Shown here: in pieces, positions 1 to 9,622 of the stretch
How positions within the stretch are numbered: the first letter of the stretch is position 1
Layout: every line of letters starts with the position of its first letter
Assembly (NCBI GenBank): GCA_021825925.1
Contig: JAKAFP010000007.1
Location: forward strand, 176,515-208,514
Direction of reading: 5' to 3'
DNA length: 32,000 nt
Source: Chloroflexota bacterium
GTDB lineage: Bacteria > Chloroflexota > Anaerolineae > Anaerolineales > Anaerolineaceae
The notes under the pieces: generated by a model
Database searches by the model: none
The model's input: the letters and a program-made list of their open reading frames with translations, nothing else
Told to the model about the DNA's origin: nothing
Position numbers and translations under genes: made by a program

Positions 1-246
1 GGTGACACCCACGTTCAACGCCCCGCCCAACATTACCTTGTATTCACTTAATGTCTGACTGGCGATCAACGCTGCCAGGATGATCTTCATCCGGGTCCGC
101 GTGTCGAGGTTGCCTTCGCGGATCACTTCGTCAAAGGCAAAGTTGTCAAAAACTTCAACCAGTTCAGGGTCGGTGATGGCCAATTTTGAGACGTGGTTTG
201 GAAACAGTTCTTCATGATTTTTAAGTGCGTTTTTACAGATAGCCAC
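1..246 (-). CDS. carboxymuconolactone decarboxylase-family protein (N-terminal part; runs off window edge)
   Basis: Reverse-strand reading from a GTG at 246: VAICKNALKNHEELFPNHVSKLAITDPELVEVFDNFAFDEVIREGNLDTRTRMKIILAALIASQTLSEYKVMLGGALNVGVT, open to the window edge, preceded by GGAAGGAGGAATT (RBS). Resembles CMD/AhpD-like family N-termini. Confidence 0.75.
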   Translation of the reverse strand, partial: MAICKNALKNHEELFPNHVSKLAITDPELVEVFDNFAFDEVIREGNLDTRTRMKIILAALIASQTLSEYKVMLGGALNVGVT

Positions 247-268
247 AATTCCTCCTTCCTGGTTAAGG

Positions 269-643
269 CTAAATGATCCCTTGTTCCTTGGTCAGGATCT
301 TGTTTTCATAAACCTCGATCTTGTGATCCAGCAGATCCAGGGTCTTTTGCAGTTCCGCAATTTTTTCCGCCAACAGCTGCCGCTGTTCTTTAAGAATTTC
401 TTTGCGGGCTTCAACGGTGGCGTCGCCCTGCTGCACAAGACCCACATAATCAATCAGCACTTCAATGGGCAGACCGGCACTGCGCATACATTTAATAAAT
501 TCCACCCGTTTGATGTCCATTTCACCGTATTCACGAATCCCGTTCGGGGAGCGGGTCACGGTTGGGATGAGTCCGATTCGTTCATAATAGCGAAGCGTAT
601 CCAAGGATAGGCCGTATTTTTCACTCACTTCTGCAATTTTCAT
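269..643 (-). CDS. MerR-family transcriptional regulator
   Basis: 124 aa, MKIAEVSEKYGLSLDTLRYYERIGLIP...GIREYGEMDIKRVEFIKCMRSAGL is a canonical MerR winged-helix N-terminus, followed by a coiled coil. Cotranscribed with the CMD-family gene. Confidence 0.95.
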   Translation of the reverse strand: MKIAEVSEKYGLSLDTLRYYERIGLIPTVTRSPNGIREYGEMDIKRVEFIKCMRSAGLPIEVLIDYVGLVQQGDATVEARKEILKEQRQLLAEKIAELQKTLDLLDHKIEVYENKILTKEQGII

Positions 644-664
644 AGGGTTCTGTCCTCCAGTAAT

Positions 665-695
665 ACTATAACACCTGGAGTTAGCTCCAAGTCAA
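665..695 (-). promoter_or_regulatory. MerR-type promoter: TTGACT-N19-TATAGT with inverted repeat TGGAG-CTAA-CTCCA in the spacer
   Basis: Minus strand TTGACTTGGAGCTAACTCCAGGTGTTATAGT. The 19-bp spacer is typical of MerR-activated promoters. Confidence 0.8.
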
Positions 696-824
696 GGGGC
701 AATTTTGATGTATTTAAAATCAATTTAAAATACGATTGAACGTTCCTCATGAAATAGAAATCCCCCGCGGTTTTAACCATGGGGGACTGTAAGGTCACAA
801 CATCAGCTTATCTTCGTCGAGTGT

Positions 825-1592
825 CTACACCCGCTTTTTATACACCTGTATTGCAAAGAGATAGGCTACGAGCATGATTCCGATGCACCAGGCTAGGGCG
901 ATCCAGATGCCCTCCCCCACCGGTTGATTGGAGAGCAAGGCGCGGATGGCGTTGACAATTGAAGTCACCGGCTGGTTCTCAGCAAACGCGCGCACCACTT
1001 TGGGCATGGTCTCGGTCGGCACGAAAGCCGAACTGATAAACGGCAGAAAGATGATCGGATAAGCGAAGGCCGTTGCGCCGTCCATGGATTTTGCGGATAG
1101 TCCAGCAATCGCGGCAATCCAGGTCAGAGCCAGCGTAAACAGAGCGAGGATGCCCGCCACTGCCAGCCAAGACAACACACCTGCTGTCGAACGAAAGCCC
1201 ATGATCAACGCCACGATGATGATCACCATCACTGACATTGTATTGGAGACCAGCGAAGTCAGCACGTGTCCCCACAGCGCCGCGGAACGTGCGATCGGCA
1301 TGGAATGGAAGCGGTCAAAGATGCCGCTTTGCATATCCAAAAACAGACGATAAGCAGTATAGGAGATGCCGCTGGCGATGGCAATCAGCAGAATACCGGG
1401 CAGCAGATAATTGACATAATTGGCCACACCAGTTTTAATCGCGCCGCCAAAGACATAGACGAACAACAGCATCATGATGATCGGGGTGATGGTGACGGTC
1501 ATGATAGTATCGAGACTGCGGAAGATGTGGCGCATGGAACGTCCAAGCATGACCCCCATGTCGCTGAGGTGATGATTCTTTGTGGTTCCCAT
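825..1592 (-). CDS. ABC-2 type transporter permease (drug/daunorubicin-resistance DrrB-like)
   Basis: 255 aa, multiple hydrophobic helices, GRSMRHIFRSLDTIMTVTITPIIMMLLFVYVFGG start. Directly downstream of the ATPase gene. Confidence 0.88.
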   Translation of the reverse strand: MGTTKNHHLSDMGVMLGRSMRHIFRSLDTIMTVTITPIIMMLLFVYVFGGAIKTGVANYVNYLLPGILLIAIASGISYTAYRLFLDMQSGIFDRFHSMPIARSAALWGHVLTSLVSNTMSVMVIIIVALIMGFRSTAGVLSWLAVAGILALFTLALTWIAAIAGLSAKSMDGATAFAYPIIFLPFISSAFVPTETMPKVVRAFAENQPVTSIVNAIRALLSNQPVGEGIWIALAWCIGIMLVAYLFAIQVYKKRV

Positions 1593-2363
1593 TTATTTTT
1601 CCTCTTTCTTGCCGACGATCGCAAGGAAAATATCCTCAAGACTTGGCTGTTTTTCAATATATTCCACCTTGGCAGGTGGGAATAGTTTTTTCAACTCGTC
1701 AAGCGTGCCATTGGCGATTATTCTGCCTTCATGCAGAATAATGATCCGGTCTGCAAGCTGCTCCGCTTCTTCCAGATACTGTGTGGTCAAAAACACTGTG
1801 GTGCCATTGGCTGCCAATTCCTTGATGGTCTTCCATACTTCGTTTCGTCCTTCGGGGTCAAGCCCGGTGGTCGGCTCATCCAGAAAGATCACTTGTGGAT
1901 TGCCCACCAGGCTCATGGCGATGTCGAGCCTGCGTTTCATCCCGCCGGAATAGGTGGCAACTCTGCGGTCGGCAGCATCGGTCAGTCCAAAGCGGGTTAG
2001 CAATACTTCTGCGATCCGACTCGGATTGGCGAGGTGCCTCAGCCTGGCGATCATGACCAGATTCTCGCGTCCGGTTAATATTTCGTCCACAGCGGCAAAT
2101 TGGCCTGTCAGGCTGATGGATTGGCGAACACCATCCGGTTTTGACGCCACATCAAACCCGTTGACGGTCGCACTGCCGCCATCCTGTTTGAGCAGCGTGG
2201 TCAGGATCTTAACGATCGTGGTCTTGCCTGCTCCGTTCGAACCGAGCAGGGCAAAGATGCTGCCCTTTTGCACATCGAAATCCACCCCTTTAAGAACATG
2301 AAGTGACTTGTAGGACTTTTGCAGTCCCCTTACTTGTATTGCGAAGTTTGTTTGAGTATTCAT
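1593..2363 (-). CDS. ABC transporter ATP-binding protein (DrrA-like)
   Basis: Walker A GSNGAGKTT, signature YSGGMKRRLDIAMSL, Walker B VIFLDEPTTGLD. Start refined to the ATG at 2363 (MNTQTNFAIQ), which has GGAAAGGATG upstream, instead of the longer 2402 ORF start. Confidence 0.93.
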   Translation of the reverse strand: MNTQTNFAIQVRGLQKSYKSLHVLKGVDFDVQKGSIFALLGSNGAGKTTIVKILTTLLKQDGGSATVNGFDVASKPDGVRQSISLTGQFAAVDEILTGRENLVMIARLRHLANPSRIAEVLLTRFGLTDAADRRVATYSGGMKRRLDIAMSLVGNPQVIFLDEPTTGLDPEGRNEVWKTIKELAANGTTVFLTTQYLEEAEQLADRIIILHEGRIIANGTLDELKKLFPPAKVEYIEKQPSLEDIFLAIVGKKEEK

Positions 2364-2538
2364 TTGATCATCCTTTCCAACCAATTGATGTTTTGGGTGC
2401 ATGAAACCATCATTTTCTCGTTATAAAAGAAAACGTTTGTTTTACATTCAACGGGGTGAACCCATTAAATTTTGAATAAATTGTCAATAAAGGGGTTTAG
2501 ATTAATTTATATTTGCTTCTGTTAATACCAGCATCCCT

Positions 2539-2889
2539 TCACTTTGTTTTACCCAATTTTTTTTTCGCAGCCTGATTGACTTCACGGTTAACAGATTCCA
2601 GGTAGTAATCAGCATATGTTTTTGAGTCTTTGATAAGGTCATCGCAGAAAGCTGCCACATCTTTTCCTGTAACTTCGAGTACACTTTTACCTGAAAGCGC
2701 ACCTTCTTCAAAAAGATCAACAATTCCCGATAACAAAGAAATTCCCGTGTTTAATTCAACTGGACCAACCATAAAGAGATAATGTTGAATCTCCTTATAA
2801 ACAATTTGATAGTCTTTCGGTAGGGCATTAACGCGCGCCATATGCGCCCGCCACTCTTTTTTGCCTTCTATAATCTCCTGAATTTTCAT
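2539..2889 (-). CDS. DUF1048-family protein
   Basis: 116 aa MKIQEIIEGKKEWRAHMARVNALPKDYQIVYKEIQHYLF..., homologous to the neighbouring 2899-3249 product and adjacent to a PadR regulator, as usual for this family. Confidence 0.75.
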   Translation of the reverse strand: MKIQEIIEGKKEWRAHMARVNALPKDYQIVYKEIQHYLFMVGPVELNTGISLLSGIVDLFEEGALSGKSVLEVTGKDVAAFCDDLIKDSKTYADYYLESVNREVNQAAKKKLGKTK

Positions 2890-2898
2890 GTAAGCCTC

Positions 2899-3249
2899 CT
2901 ATTTTCCCAGTTTTCTGGCAACATTGTTGTTGAGTTGTTCACGCCATTTATCGCGATAAGTCTTGGCATTGGCATCTCCTGCCAAAGCTGAACAAAAACC
3001 TTCAATATCATCGCCTAATACCTCTTGAATACCTAGTCCGTCTGCCGCGGATTCCTCAAGCAGAGTTAACACGCCCTCAAATATTGGCATGACATTGCGG
3101 CCGGTAAAATCTGACCGCAGCCAAAGAATTGTATTTATTTTTTCCCATACTGCCTGATAATCAACAGGTAATTTTTTGGATCGCGACACCATGGTTTTCC
3201 AGTCTTTCTTCATGTCGCTGCCTGTGATCTTTTCCAAAAAGTTCATCAT
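2899..3249 (-). CDS. DUF1048-family protein (paralog of 2539-2889)
   Basis: 116 aa MMNFLEKITGSDMKKDWKTMVSRSKKLPVDYQAVWEKINTILW.... The start overlaps the PadR gene stop, and GGAG lies upstream. Confidence 0.75.
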   Translation of the reverse strand: MMNFLEKITGSDMKKDWKTMVSRSKKLPVDYQAVWEKINTILWLRSDFTGRNVMPIFEGVLTLLEESAADGLGIQEVLGDDIEGFCSALAGDANAKTYRDKWREQLNNNVARKLGK

Positions 3250-3572
3250 TTTGTCTCCTTTAATTCATTCATTTTTGATGATACAAACTCCCATTTTTCC
3301 CAGAACTTCCTCAGTTCATCACGCCCCGCATCATTGAGCGCAAAAAACTTTCGCGGCGGTCCCAAGTCTGAGGGTTTTTTGGTGATATCTACCAACTTGC
3401 TATTTTCAAGCCTGACCAGGATCGTGTAAACAGTACCATCCACAACATCTGTGAAGCCGAGGGAGTTCAACCGTCTCGTGATCTCGTAACCGTAGGTTTC
3501 TTTGCGGCTGATAATTTCAAGAACACATCCCTCAAGTACCCCTTTGAGCATTTCTGTTAGATTATCTACCAT
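3246..3572 (-). CDS. PadR-family transcriptional regulator
   Basis: 108 aa with LKGVLEGCVLEIISRKETYGYEITRRLNSLGFTDVVDGTVYTILVRLENSKLV, diagnostic of PadR winged helix. Confidence 0.93.
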   Translation of the reverse strand: MVDNLTEMLKGVLEGCVLEIISRKETYGYEITRRLNSLGFTDVVDGTVYTILVRLENSKLVDITKKPSDLGPPRKFFALNDAGRDELRKFWEKWEFVSSKMNELKETK

Positions 3573-3616
3573 AATTACCTTTCCTATTCCGTATGACTTG
3601 TATGCAGTATTACTTA

Positions 3617-3655
3617 CTACTGCTATATAGTATCACGCAGTAGATGGCTTGTCAA
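3617..3655 (-). promoter_or_regulatory. Promoter of PadR operon (TTGACA-N17-TACTAT) overlapped by perfect inverted repeat CTACTGC-N13-GCAGTAG
   Basis: Plus coordinates: -35 complement TGTCAA 3650-3655, -10 complement ATAGTA 3627-3632, IR arms 3617-3623 and 3637-3643. Confidence 0.75.
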
Positions 3656-3772
3656 TAGTCAATTTTTCCTAATCCATATTTTGTGACCATCCCCTTTCAA
3701 AAATGGAAACTTACACGCGGCCTGCATGTAAAGATTCGCCTGTAAATGGTGATGGACTTATAATACAAACTA

Positions 3773-4458
<686 letters not shown>

Positions 4459-4462
<4 letters not shown>

Positions 4463-5895
4463 TGTTTCGCACCATTCAACGCAGGATGACCTTTGGTCAG
4501 CTGCTCATATTATTGATCGTGATGCCGCTGATGGGCATCTTGTTGATCTTCGGCATTGAAAGCCGTTTCCTGATCCCCAAATTCGCCAACAACTTACTGG
4601 GCGATGCCAGGCTGCTCTCAGAAATCAGCAGCGCGGAATTTGAGCTGTGGGGCAACCCCATCCTTTTCGAAAACCTGATCTCACGCGTACAGCTCGACCC
4701 TTCCATCAAGGTCATGTTTCTGGACCCCACTGGCAGGCCGCTTTTCTCAACCGATCGTGCTGATTATTCAAATTCCATTTCCGTCAACTCACAGGGCGTC
4801 ATCAACGCACAAAACGGACATGAGATTGCTCTGACTTCCTATTCCATCCTCCGCGTTAAAGAAACCCTGGTGGATGTCTACGAACCCGTTTTGGATTCGA
4901 GCAATGCAGTCATCGGCATTGTCAGATTAACATATCGGGTTGAATCCCTTTATCAGATCTTTGATGAACTCCGCTGGCAGATTGTGCTCATCGTCCTGCT
5001 GGGATTGGCCATCAGTGCATTGATCAGCGCCTGGCTTTCCATCCGCATAAGCCGACCGATCACCAAAGTAACCAGGGCTATTTACGACCTGGCCGTTGGC
5101 CGCAGCCACGTGCCGCTTGAAGAAAAAGGACCGGAAGAACTGCAATCCCAGGCGCAAGCCGTAAATTTTTTGGTCGCTGAACTGGATACGCTGGAAAAAT
5201 CGCGACGCCAGTTGCTGGCCAACCTGGTGCATGAATTGGGTCGTCCGTTGGGCTCCATCCGCTCTGCCATCCATGCCCTCGAAACGGGTGCGGATAAGGA
5301 CCCCGCCCTGTACAAGGACCTCACTAACGGCATGGATGCCGAGACCCTGCGCCTGCAGCATCTGTTGGATGACCTCTCTCACCTCTACGACCAATCTGTT
5401 GGCGCACTGGAACTCAACATCCACCTCGTTGATGTACAACAGTGGCTGCCGGGAGTGCTGCGCTCCTGGCAGATCCTCGCCCAGGAAAAAGGTCTGACAT
5501 GGTCAGAGACGATTGATCGCAGTTTACCCTTCATCAAAATGGACCCGGATCGTATGGCTCAGGTGGTAGGCAATCTATTAAGCAATGCCGTCAAATACAC
5601 CAAGCCGGGCGGCAGCATCAAAGTTTTAGCCGAAGTCGAAGGCGAAACCTTCCATCTTTCCATCGAGGATACCGGTGTCGGCATCCAGCCGGATGAGATA
5701 AAAAAGGTGTTCCTGCCATTTTTCAGAGGTGAACAGGGACGCCGCATCAAACAGGGTATGGGTCTGGGACTTTCCATCGCCAAAGACCTGACTGAAGCTC
5801 ACAGCGGTACTTTGGATGTAACCTCGCACCCCGGCGGTGGAAGTATCTTTGAGGTCAGGTTGCCGATTAAGGACGAAAAAGCTCAAGGCGATTAA
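4459..5895 (+). CDS. HAMP-containing sensor histidine kinase
   Basis: 478 aa; N-terminal TM plus sensor, HAMP after the second TM, H-box LANLVHELGRPLGSIRSAI, N-box NLLSNAVKYT, G-boxes DTGVGI and GMGLGLSIAK. Overlaps the response regulator by 4 nt. Confidence 0.96.
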
Positions 5896-5933
5896 AGATC
5901 TTATTGCTTGCATTGCGTTTTCTGCAATAAACC

Positions 5934-5962
5934 AAACACCCTTCTACTGTAGAAGGGTGTTT
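5934..5962 (+). terminator. Stem-loop, intrinsic-terminator-like
   Basis: AAACACCCTTCTA-CTG-TAGAAGGGTGTTT, perfect 13-bp stem. Confidence 0.8.
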
Positions 5963-5970
5963 CTCATCCT

Positions 5971-5990
5971 CCTTAAGGTCACCTTAAGGT
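5971..5990 (+). promoter_or_regulatory. Tandem 9-bp direct repeats CCTTAAGGT with 11-bp period, upstream of htrA-like gene
   Basis: CCTTAAGGT CA CCTTAAGGT at 5971-5979 and 5982-5990. 11-bp direct-repeat spacing is typical of OmpR/PhoB-family regulator sites. Confidence 0.6.
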
Positions 5991-6064
5991 TCCAATAATC
6001 TCCCTATAAAGACAGGCCGCATCATCAGATGATATCCTCCAGGTAACTTAATAGGAGGCACCTT

Positions 6065-7741
6065 ATGAATACTCGAAAAATTTCTGCACTTTCCATCTTT
6101 CTAATTCTGGCGATTTCACTTTCCGCCTGCAGCACAAGCCCGGCCAAAGCCACCTTGCCCGCCCCGACTGAAGCAGTCCAAACTGAGCAGCCCCAGCAGA
6201 GCGCACCCACCACAACCGAATCAAACCCAGTGATCGGTTCGCTTTCTTCATATCAAGCTGCACTTGAAGAGATTTATGCAAAGGTCAATCCATCGGTGGT
6301 CAACATTCAAGTGATCGAAAAAGCGCAACTCGCCAGCAATACCACCACTGAAAACCCATTTGCCAATATACCAGGTTTTCAGTTTTACTTTGGCTCGCCA
6401 TCCACTCCAAATCAACAATCCCCCAGCCAGCCTACTCAGGCACTAGGCTCCGGTTTCGTTTGGAACAAGGACGGCTACATCGTGACCAACAACCACGTGG
6501 TGGCCAATGCCGAAAAGATCCAGGTCAAATTCTCTGATGGCACCATTGCCAATGCCAAAGTCGTTGGCACGGATGTCAACAGCGACCTGGCCGTGATCCA
6601 ACTCGTGGATTACACCGGTACGCTATATCCCATTACCACCTCGGAATCCACCGAAGTTAAAGTGGGGCAGGTAGCCATCGCCATTGGCAATCCATATGGT
6701 CTTGAGAACACCATGACGGTAGGCATCGTCAGTGCTCTCGGACGCACCCTTCCCACTGACCAATCTTCAAATTCCGGCACATCTTTCACCATCCCCGATA
6801 TTATCCAGACCGACGCGCCCATCAACCCCGGCAATTCAGGTGGTGTACTGGTAAACGATCAAGGTCAACTGATCGGTGTGACCGCAGCCATTGAATCCTC
6901 TTCTGGCGCCAATGCCGGCATCGGCTTTGCGATCCCCTCCAGCACAGTCAATAAAGTCATCCCTGCGCTGATCAAAGACGGCAAATACGAACATGCCTAC
7001 CTTGGTTTGACCGGCACAACCCTGACACCCGATTTGGCAACAGCCATGAACCTGGATGCCAACCAACGTGGTGTGTTGGTGATCGCGGTTGCCAATGGAG
7101 GCCCTGCGGATAAAGCCGGATTGATGGGCAGCAGCAAAACCGTCACCCTCAACGGCATCGAAACTCAGGTCGGTGGAGATATCATCACAGCCATTGACGG
7201 CGAATCTCTCAACTCGATTGATGACCTGATCTCTTATCTGGCATCCCATACCGAGGTCGGACAGGCTGTGAAGCTCACCATCCTTCGCAACGGAACTGAA
7301 AAAACTTTGGATGCTACTGTCGTTGCCCGACCAGCTAGCGTGGAACAAACTTCAAACCAGACCAATCCCTCTTCAAAGAACAACGCTTCTTCATCTGCAT
7401 GGATGGGAGTGTCAGTAACCCCGATGACCGCCGACATCGCCAAGGAGATGGGTATGCCCACAGACCAAAAGGGTCTGCTCTTACAACAAGTTGTTTCAGG
7501 TGGACCTGCTGACCTTGCCGGATTGATCGGAAGTTACAAACCGGTCATCATCAATGCCAAACGTGTCATGATCGGCGGTGATGTCATTACCTCAATCGAA
7601 AACCAGGCCATCACTTCAGTGGATGATCTGCAGCTGGCACTTGCTTCAAAGAATCCCGGTGATCAGATTCAGTTGACTGTCATCCGTGACGGATCGGAAT
7701 ATACCGTATCAGTTACCTTGGCTGAAAAACCAGCCAGTTAA
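6065..7741 (+). CDS. HtrA/DegP-like trypsin-family serine protease lipoprotein with two PDZ domains
   Basis: Lipobox LAISLSACS; catalytic H in VTNNHVV, D in NSDLAVIQL, S in NPGNSGGVL; two PDZ regions (HAYLGLTGTTL..., SSAWMGVSVTPM...). RBS AGGAGG before the ATG. Confidence 0.96.
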   Translation: MNTRKISALSIFLILAISLSACSTSPAKATLPAPTEAVQTEQPQQSAPTTTESNPVIGSLSSYQAALEEIYAKVNPSVVNIQVIEKAQLASNTTTENPFANIPGFQFYFGSPSTPNQQSPSQPTQALGSGFVWNKDGYIVTNNHVVANAEKIQVKFSDGTIANAKVVGTDVNSDLAVIQLVDYTGTLYPITTSESTEVKVGQVAIAIGNPYGLENTMTVGIVSALGRTLPTDQSSNSGTSFTIPDIIQTDAPINPGNSGGVLVNDQGQLIGVTAAIESSSGANAGIGFAIPSSTVNKVIPALIKDGKYEHAYLGLTGTTLTPDLATAMNLDANQRGVLVIAVANGGPADKAGLMGSSKTVTLNGIETQVGGDIITAIDGESLNSIDDLISYLASHTEVGQAVKLTILRNGTEKTLDATVVARPASVEQTSNQTNPSSKNNASSSAWMGVSVTPMTADIAKEMGMPTDQKGLLLQQVVSGGPADLAGLIGSYKPVIINAKRVMIGGDVITSIENQAITSVDDLQLALASKNPGDQIQLTVIRDGSEYTVSVTLAEKPAS

Positions 7742-7773
7742 CATCTTCTCCTCCCTATAGCATTGGAACACGA

Positions 7774-7800
7774 CAACAGGTCCCACCGATGGACCTGTTG
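7774..7800 (+). terminator. Terminator-like hairpin after htrA-like gene
   Basis: CAACAGGTCC-CACCGAT-GGACCTGTTG, perfect 10-bp stem; U-tract weak. Confidence 0.55.
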
Positions 7801-7976
7801 TTGGTTAATGATAATGAATATTTACCATAATTCTTTTAATGTTCTGAGAAAAGCTGTTTGAAAAATGAAACTTTTAAAGAAAGTTAACGTATAGACAAGT
7901 GAATTGATTCATTGTGAAAGAATTCCAGATATAATCAATACCTTATTACCTATCAATAGCTTGGAGGAAGTTCTAA

Positions 7977-8417
7977 ATGAAAAAAGGGATTATCGTTCTA
8001 TTAGTTGTTATTGTTCTCTCATTGACCTTGACTGCCTGTTCCAGCGCCGCAAAAGAAGCATCCTCAGATGCAGATGCACAGTCTGCTGTCACCGAAGCAG
8101 TTGCTGTCACCGCCGAAGCTACAGAACCTGCTGCCGCATCAGTCAACTCTGAATTCCCAATGCTGCCAGATGCGTCTAATGTCACTGATGCACAAGGAAC
8201 ATTAATGTATCAGACTGCGACCAGCATGACAGACACCTTTAATTTCTACAAAAAAGAATTGGCTGCCAAGGGATTGACCGAAAACGAAATTTTGACACTA
8301 AATGATGCAACCGTATCTCAATTGGTATTCACCGGCTCCGACAATGGCAAATCACTGATCGTTCAAATGACCAAGTTAAGTGATTCTGCTATTGCTGTTT
8401 CGATCCGTTACGAATAG
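7977..8417 (+). CDS. Small lipoprotein of unknown function
   Basis: 146 aa; MKKGIIVLLVVIVLSLTLTACSS lipoprotein signal; RBS TTGGAGGAAG. Confidence 0.8.
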   Translation: MKKGIIVLLVVIVLSLTLTACSSAAKEASSDADAQSAVTEAVAVTAEATEPAAASVNSEFPMLPDASNVTDAQGTLMYQTATSMTDTFNFYKKELAAKGLTENEILTLNDATVSQLVFTGSDNGKSLIVQMTKLSDSAIAVSIRYE

Positions 8418-8437
8418 AAATATATTAGCATTACTAT

Positions 8438-8468
8438 AAGGGATGTTCCTTTCTTAGGAACATCCCTT
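8438..8468. terminator. Bidirectional intrinsic terminator between convergent genes
   Basis: AAGGGATGTTCCT-TTCTT-AGGAACATCCCTT, perfect 13-bp stem between convergent 7977-8417(+) and 8474-9316(-). Confidence 0.85.
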
Positions 8469-8473
8469 TTGCT

Positions 8474-9316
8474 TTAATTTGATACTTTAACGACCGCCGG
8501 ATTGGATCCCTTCGATCTGATCCAAATGATCACTCCCAAGACAAGAAAATAACCAAAATAGCCAATGACCATGCTCAAAGAAGGATCGCTGTTATAACCC
8601 ACCATGGCTTTTAATAGCTGTCCCAAAGTGGATTGATCTGGCAGGATCCCGTTCAAGTTCCAGACATGTTCAATTACGGCCGGAACCCAGCCCAATTCAT
8701 TCAATTCACGAATTCCAAGCCCTACCAGGCCGGCTGCAAAAAGCGCCAGTAAGATATTGGTGGTTTGAAAAAAACGGGTCAAACTAAGCTTTTTTGCTGA
8801 ACTGAATACAATCAAACCGATCAGGATGGCCGATCCAACACCTAAAAGGACTCCAGTCGCCACCTGCAAAGGGCTTGTTTCAAGCCTGATCGCCAACAAA
8901 AACAGTACCAACTCAATCCCTTCTCTGACGATTGCCAGGAAAGCCAGGAAAAAAACAGCTATTCCACTTTGACTGTTTCGATTGGTTTCAAGTGTTTTTT
9001 TGACTTGCGTTTCAATTTTTTCCTTCATGGCGCCTGATTGTTTGCGCATCCAAAAAACCATCCAGGTCAGGATTGCTGCTGCAAGAAGCATGGCTGTCCC
9101 TTCAAAGATTTGTTCACCCTGGCCCTCAAATTCCATTCCGATTAGATTCAGGATCAAAGCTGAAACCAGGCTGATCACAATTCCACTGGTAACCCCCATC
9201 CAAACAGCCCGTCCAAGCTGTTTTTGATTCAACTTGGCGAGCACACTAAAAACGATTCCTATAACAAGTGCAGCTTCAAGCCCTTCACGCAAAGCAAGCA
9301 AGTACCCCGGCAACAT
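8474..9316 (-). CDS. FTR1-family (EfeU-like) high-affinity iron permease
   Basis: REGLEAALVIGIVFSVL and REGIELVLFLLAIRL (the two REGxE iron-permease motifs), 7-TM-like hydrophobicity. Start refined to the ATG at 9316, which has AGGAG upstream. Confidence 0.9.
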   Translation of the reverse strand: MLPGYLLALREGLEAALVIGIVFSVLAKLNQKQLGRAVWMGVTSGIVISLVSALILNLIGMEFEGQGEQIFEGTAMLLAAAILTWMVFWMRKQSGAMKEKIETQVKKTLETNRNSQSGIAVFFLAFLAIVREGIELVLFLLAIRLETSPLQVATGVLLGVGSAILIGLIVFSSAKKLSLTRFFQTTNILLALFAAGLVGLGIRELNELGWVPAVIEHVWNLNGILPDQSTLGQLLKAMVGYNSDPSLSMVIGYFGYFLVLGVIIWIRSKGSNPAVVKVSN

Positions 9317-9356
9317 GGTTGATCCGCTCCTAAATAAGACTAATTTTGTCATATTT

Positions 9357-9372
9357 TATCATAAAAATGATA
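9357..9372 (-). promoter_or_regulatory. Palindrome TATCAT-AAAA-ATGATA upstream of iron permease (candidate metalloregulator operator)
   Basis: Perfect 6-bp arms in an AT-rich promoter region 41-56 bp upstream of the refined start. Confidence 0.5.
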
Positions 9373-9622
9373 CTTATTCCGAACTGATGAAAGAGGAATC
9401 CTCCTGAAATTATTATTTTTACTATGAATCTGGAATTTACCATAAGTTTATAGAGTACACATGATAATTACGCAATAATAAGGTTGTACATCTTGTTTGC
9501 TCGCTCATTACTCTACTGCTATACTTTAATTATTAGAAATAAAATTTATTGAGTACCAACGCATAAACCATCATTATAATATTCAACAGAGCAACGGTCT
9601 TTTTTATTGGAAGGTGAATGTT

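Noticed and set aside
281-610. Plus-strand ORF antisense to the MerR gene
   Set aside because: It lies opposite a strongly supported MerR coding sequence, and its protein shows no recognisable motif. Many similar antisense ORFs (979-1275, 1266-1685, 26441-26782, 28415-28780, 29761-30297 and others) are rejected for the same reason.
2502-2723. 73-aa minus-strand ORF overlapping the first DUF1048 gene
   Set aside because: It is out of frame inside the better-supported DUF1048 CDS; the composition looks like a frame artefact.
6065-7741. Internal repetition in the HtrA-like gene as a novel repeat
   Set aside because: It is explained by two PDZ domains, which are ordinary for this protease family.
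7904-8152. 82-aa plus ORF overlapping the small lipoprotein
   Set aside because: It is out of frame with the lipoprotein gene, which has a strong RBS and a clear signal peptide.
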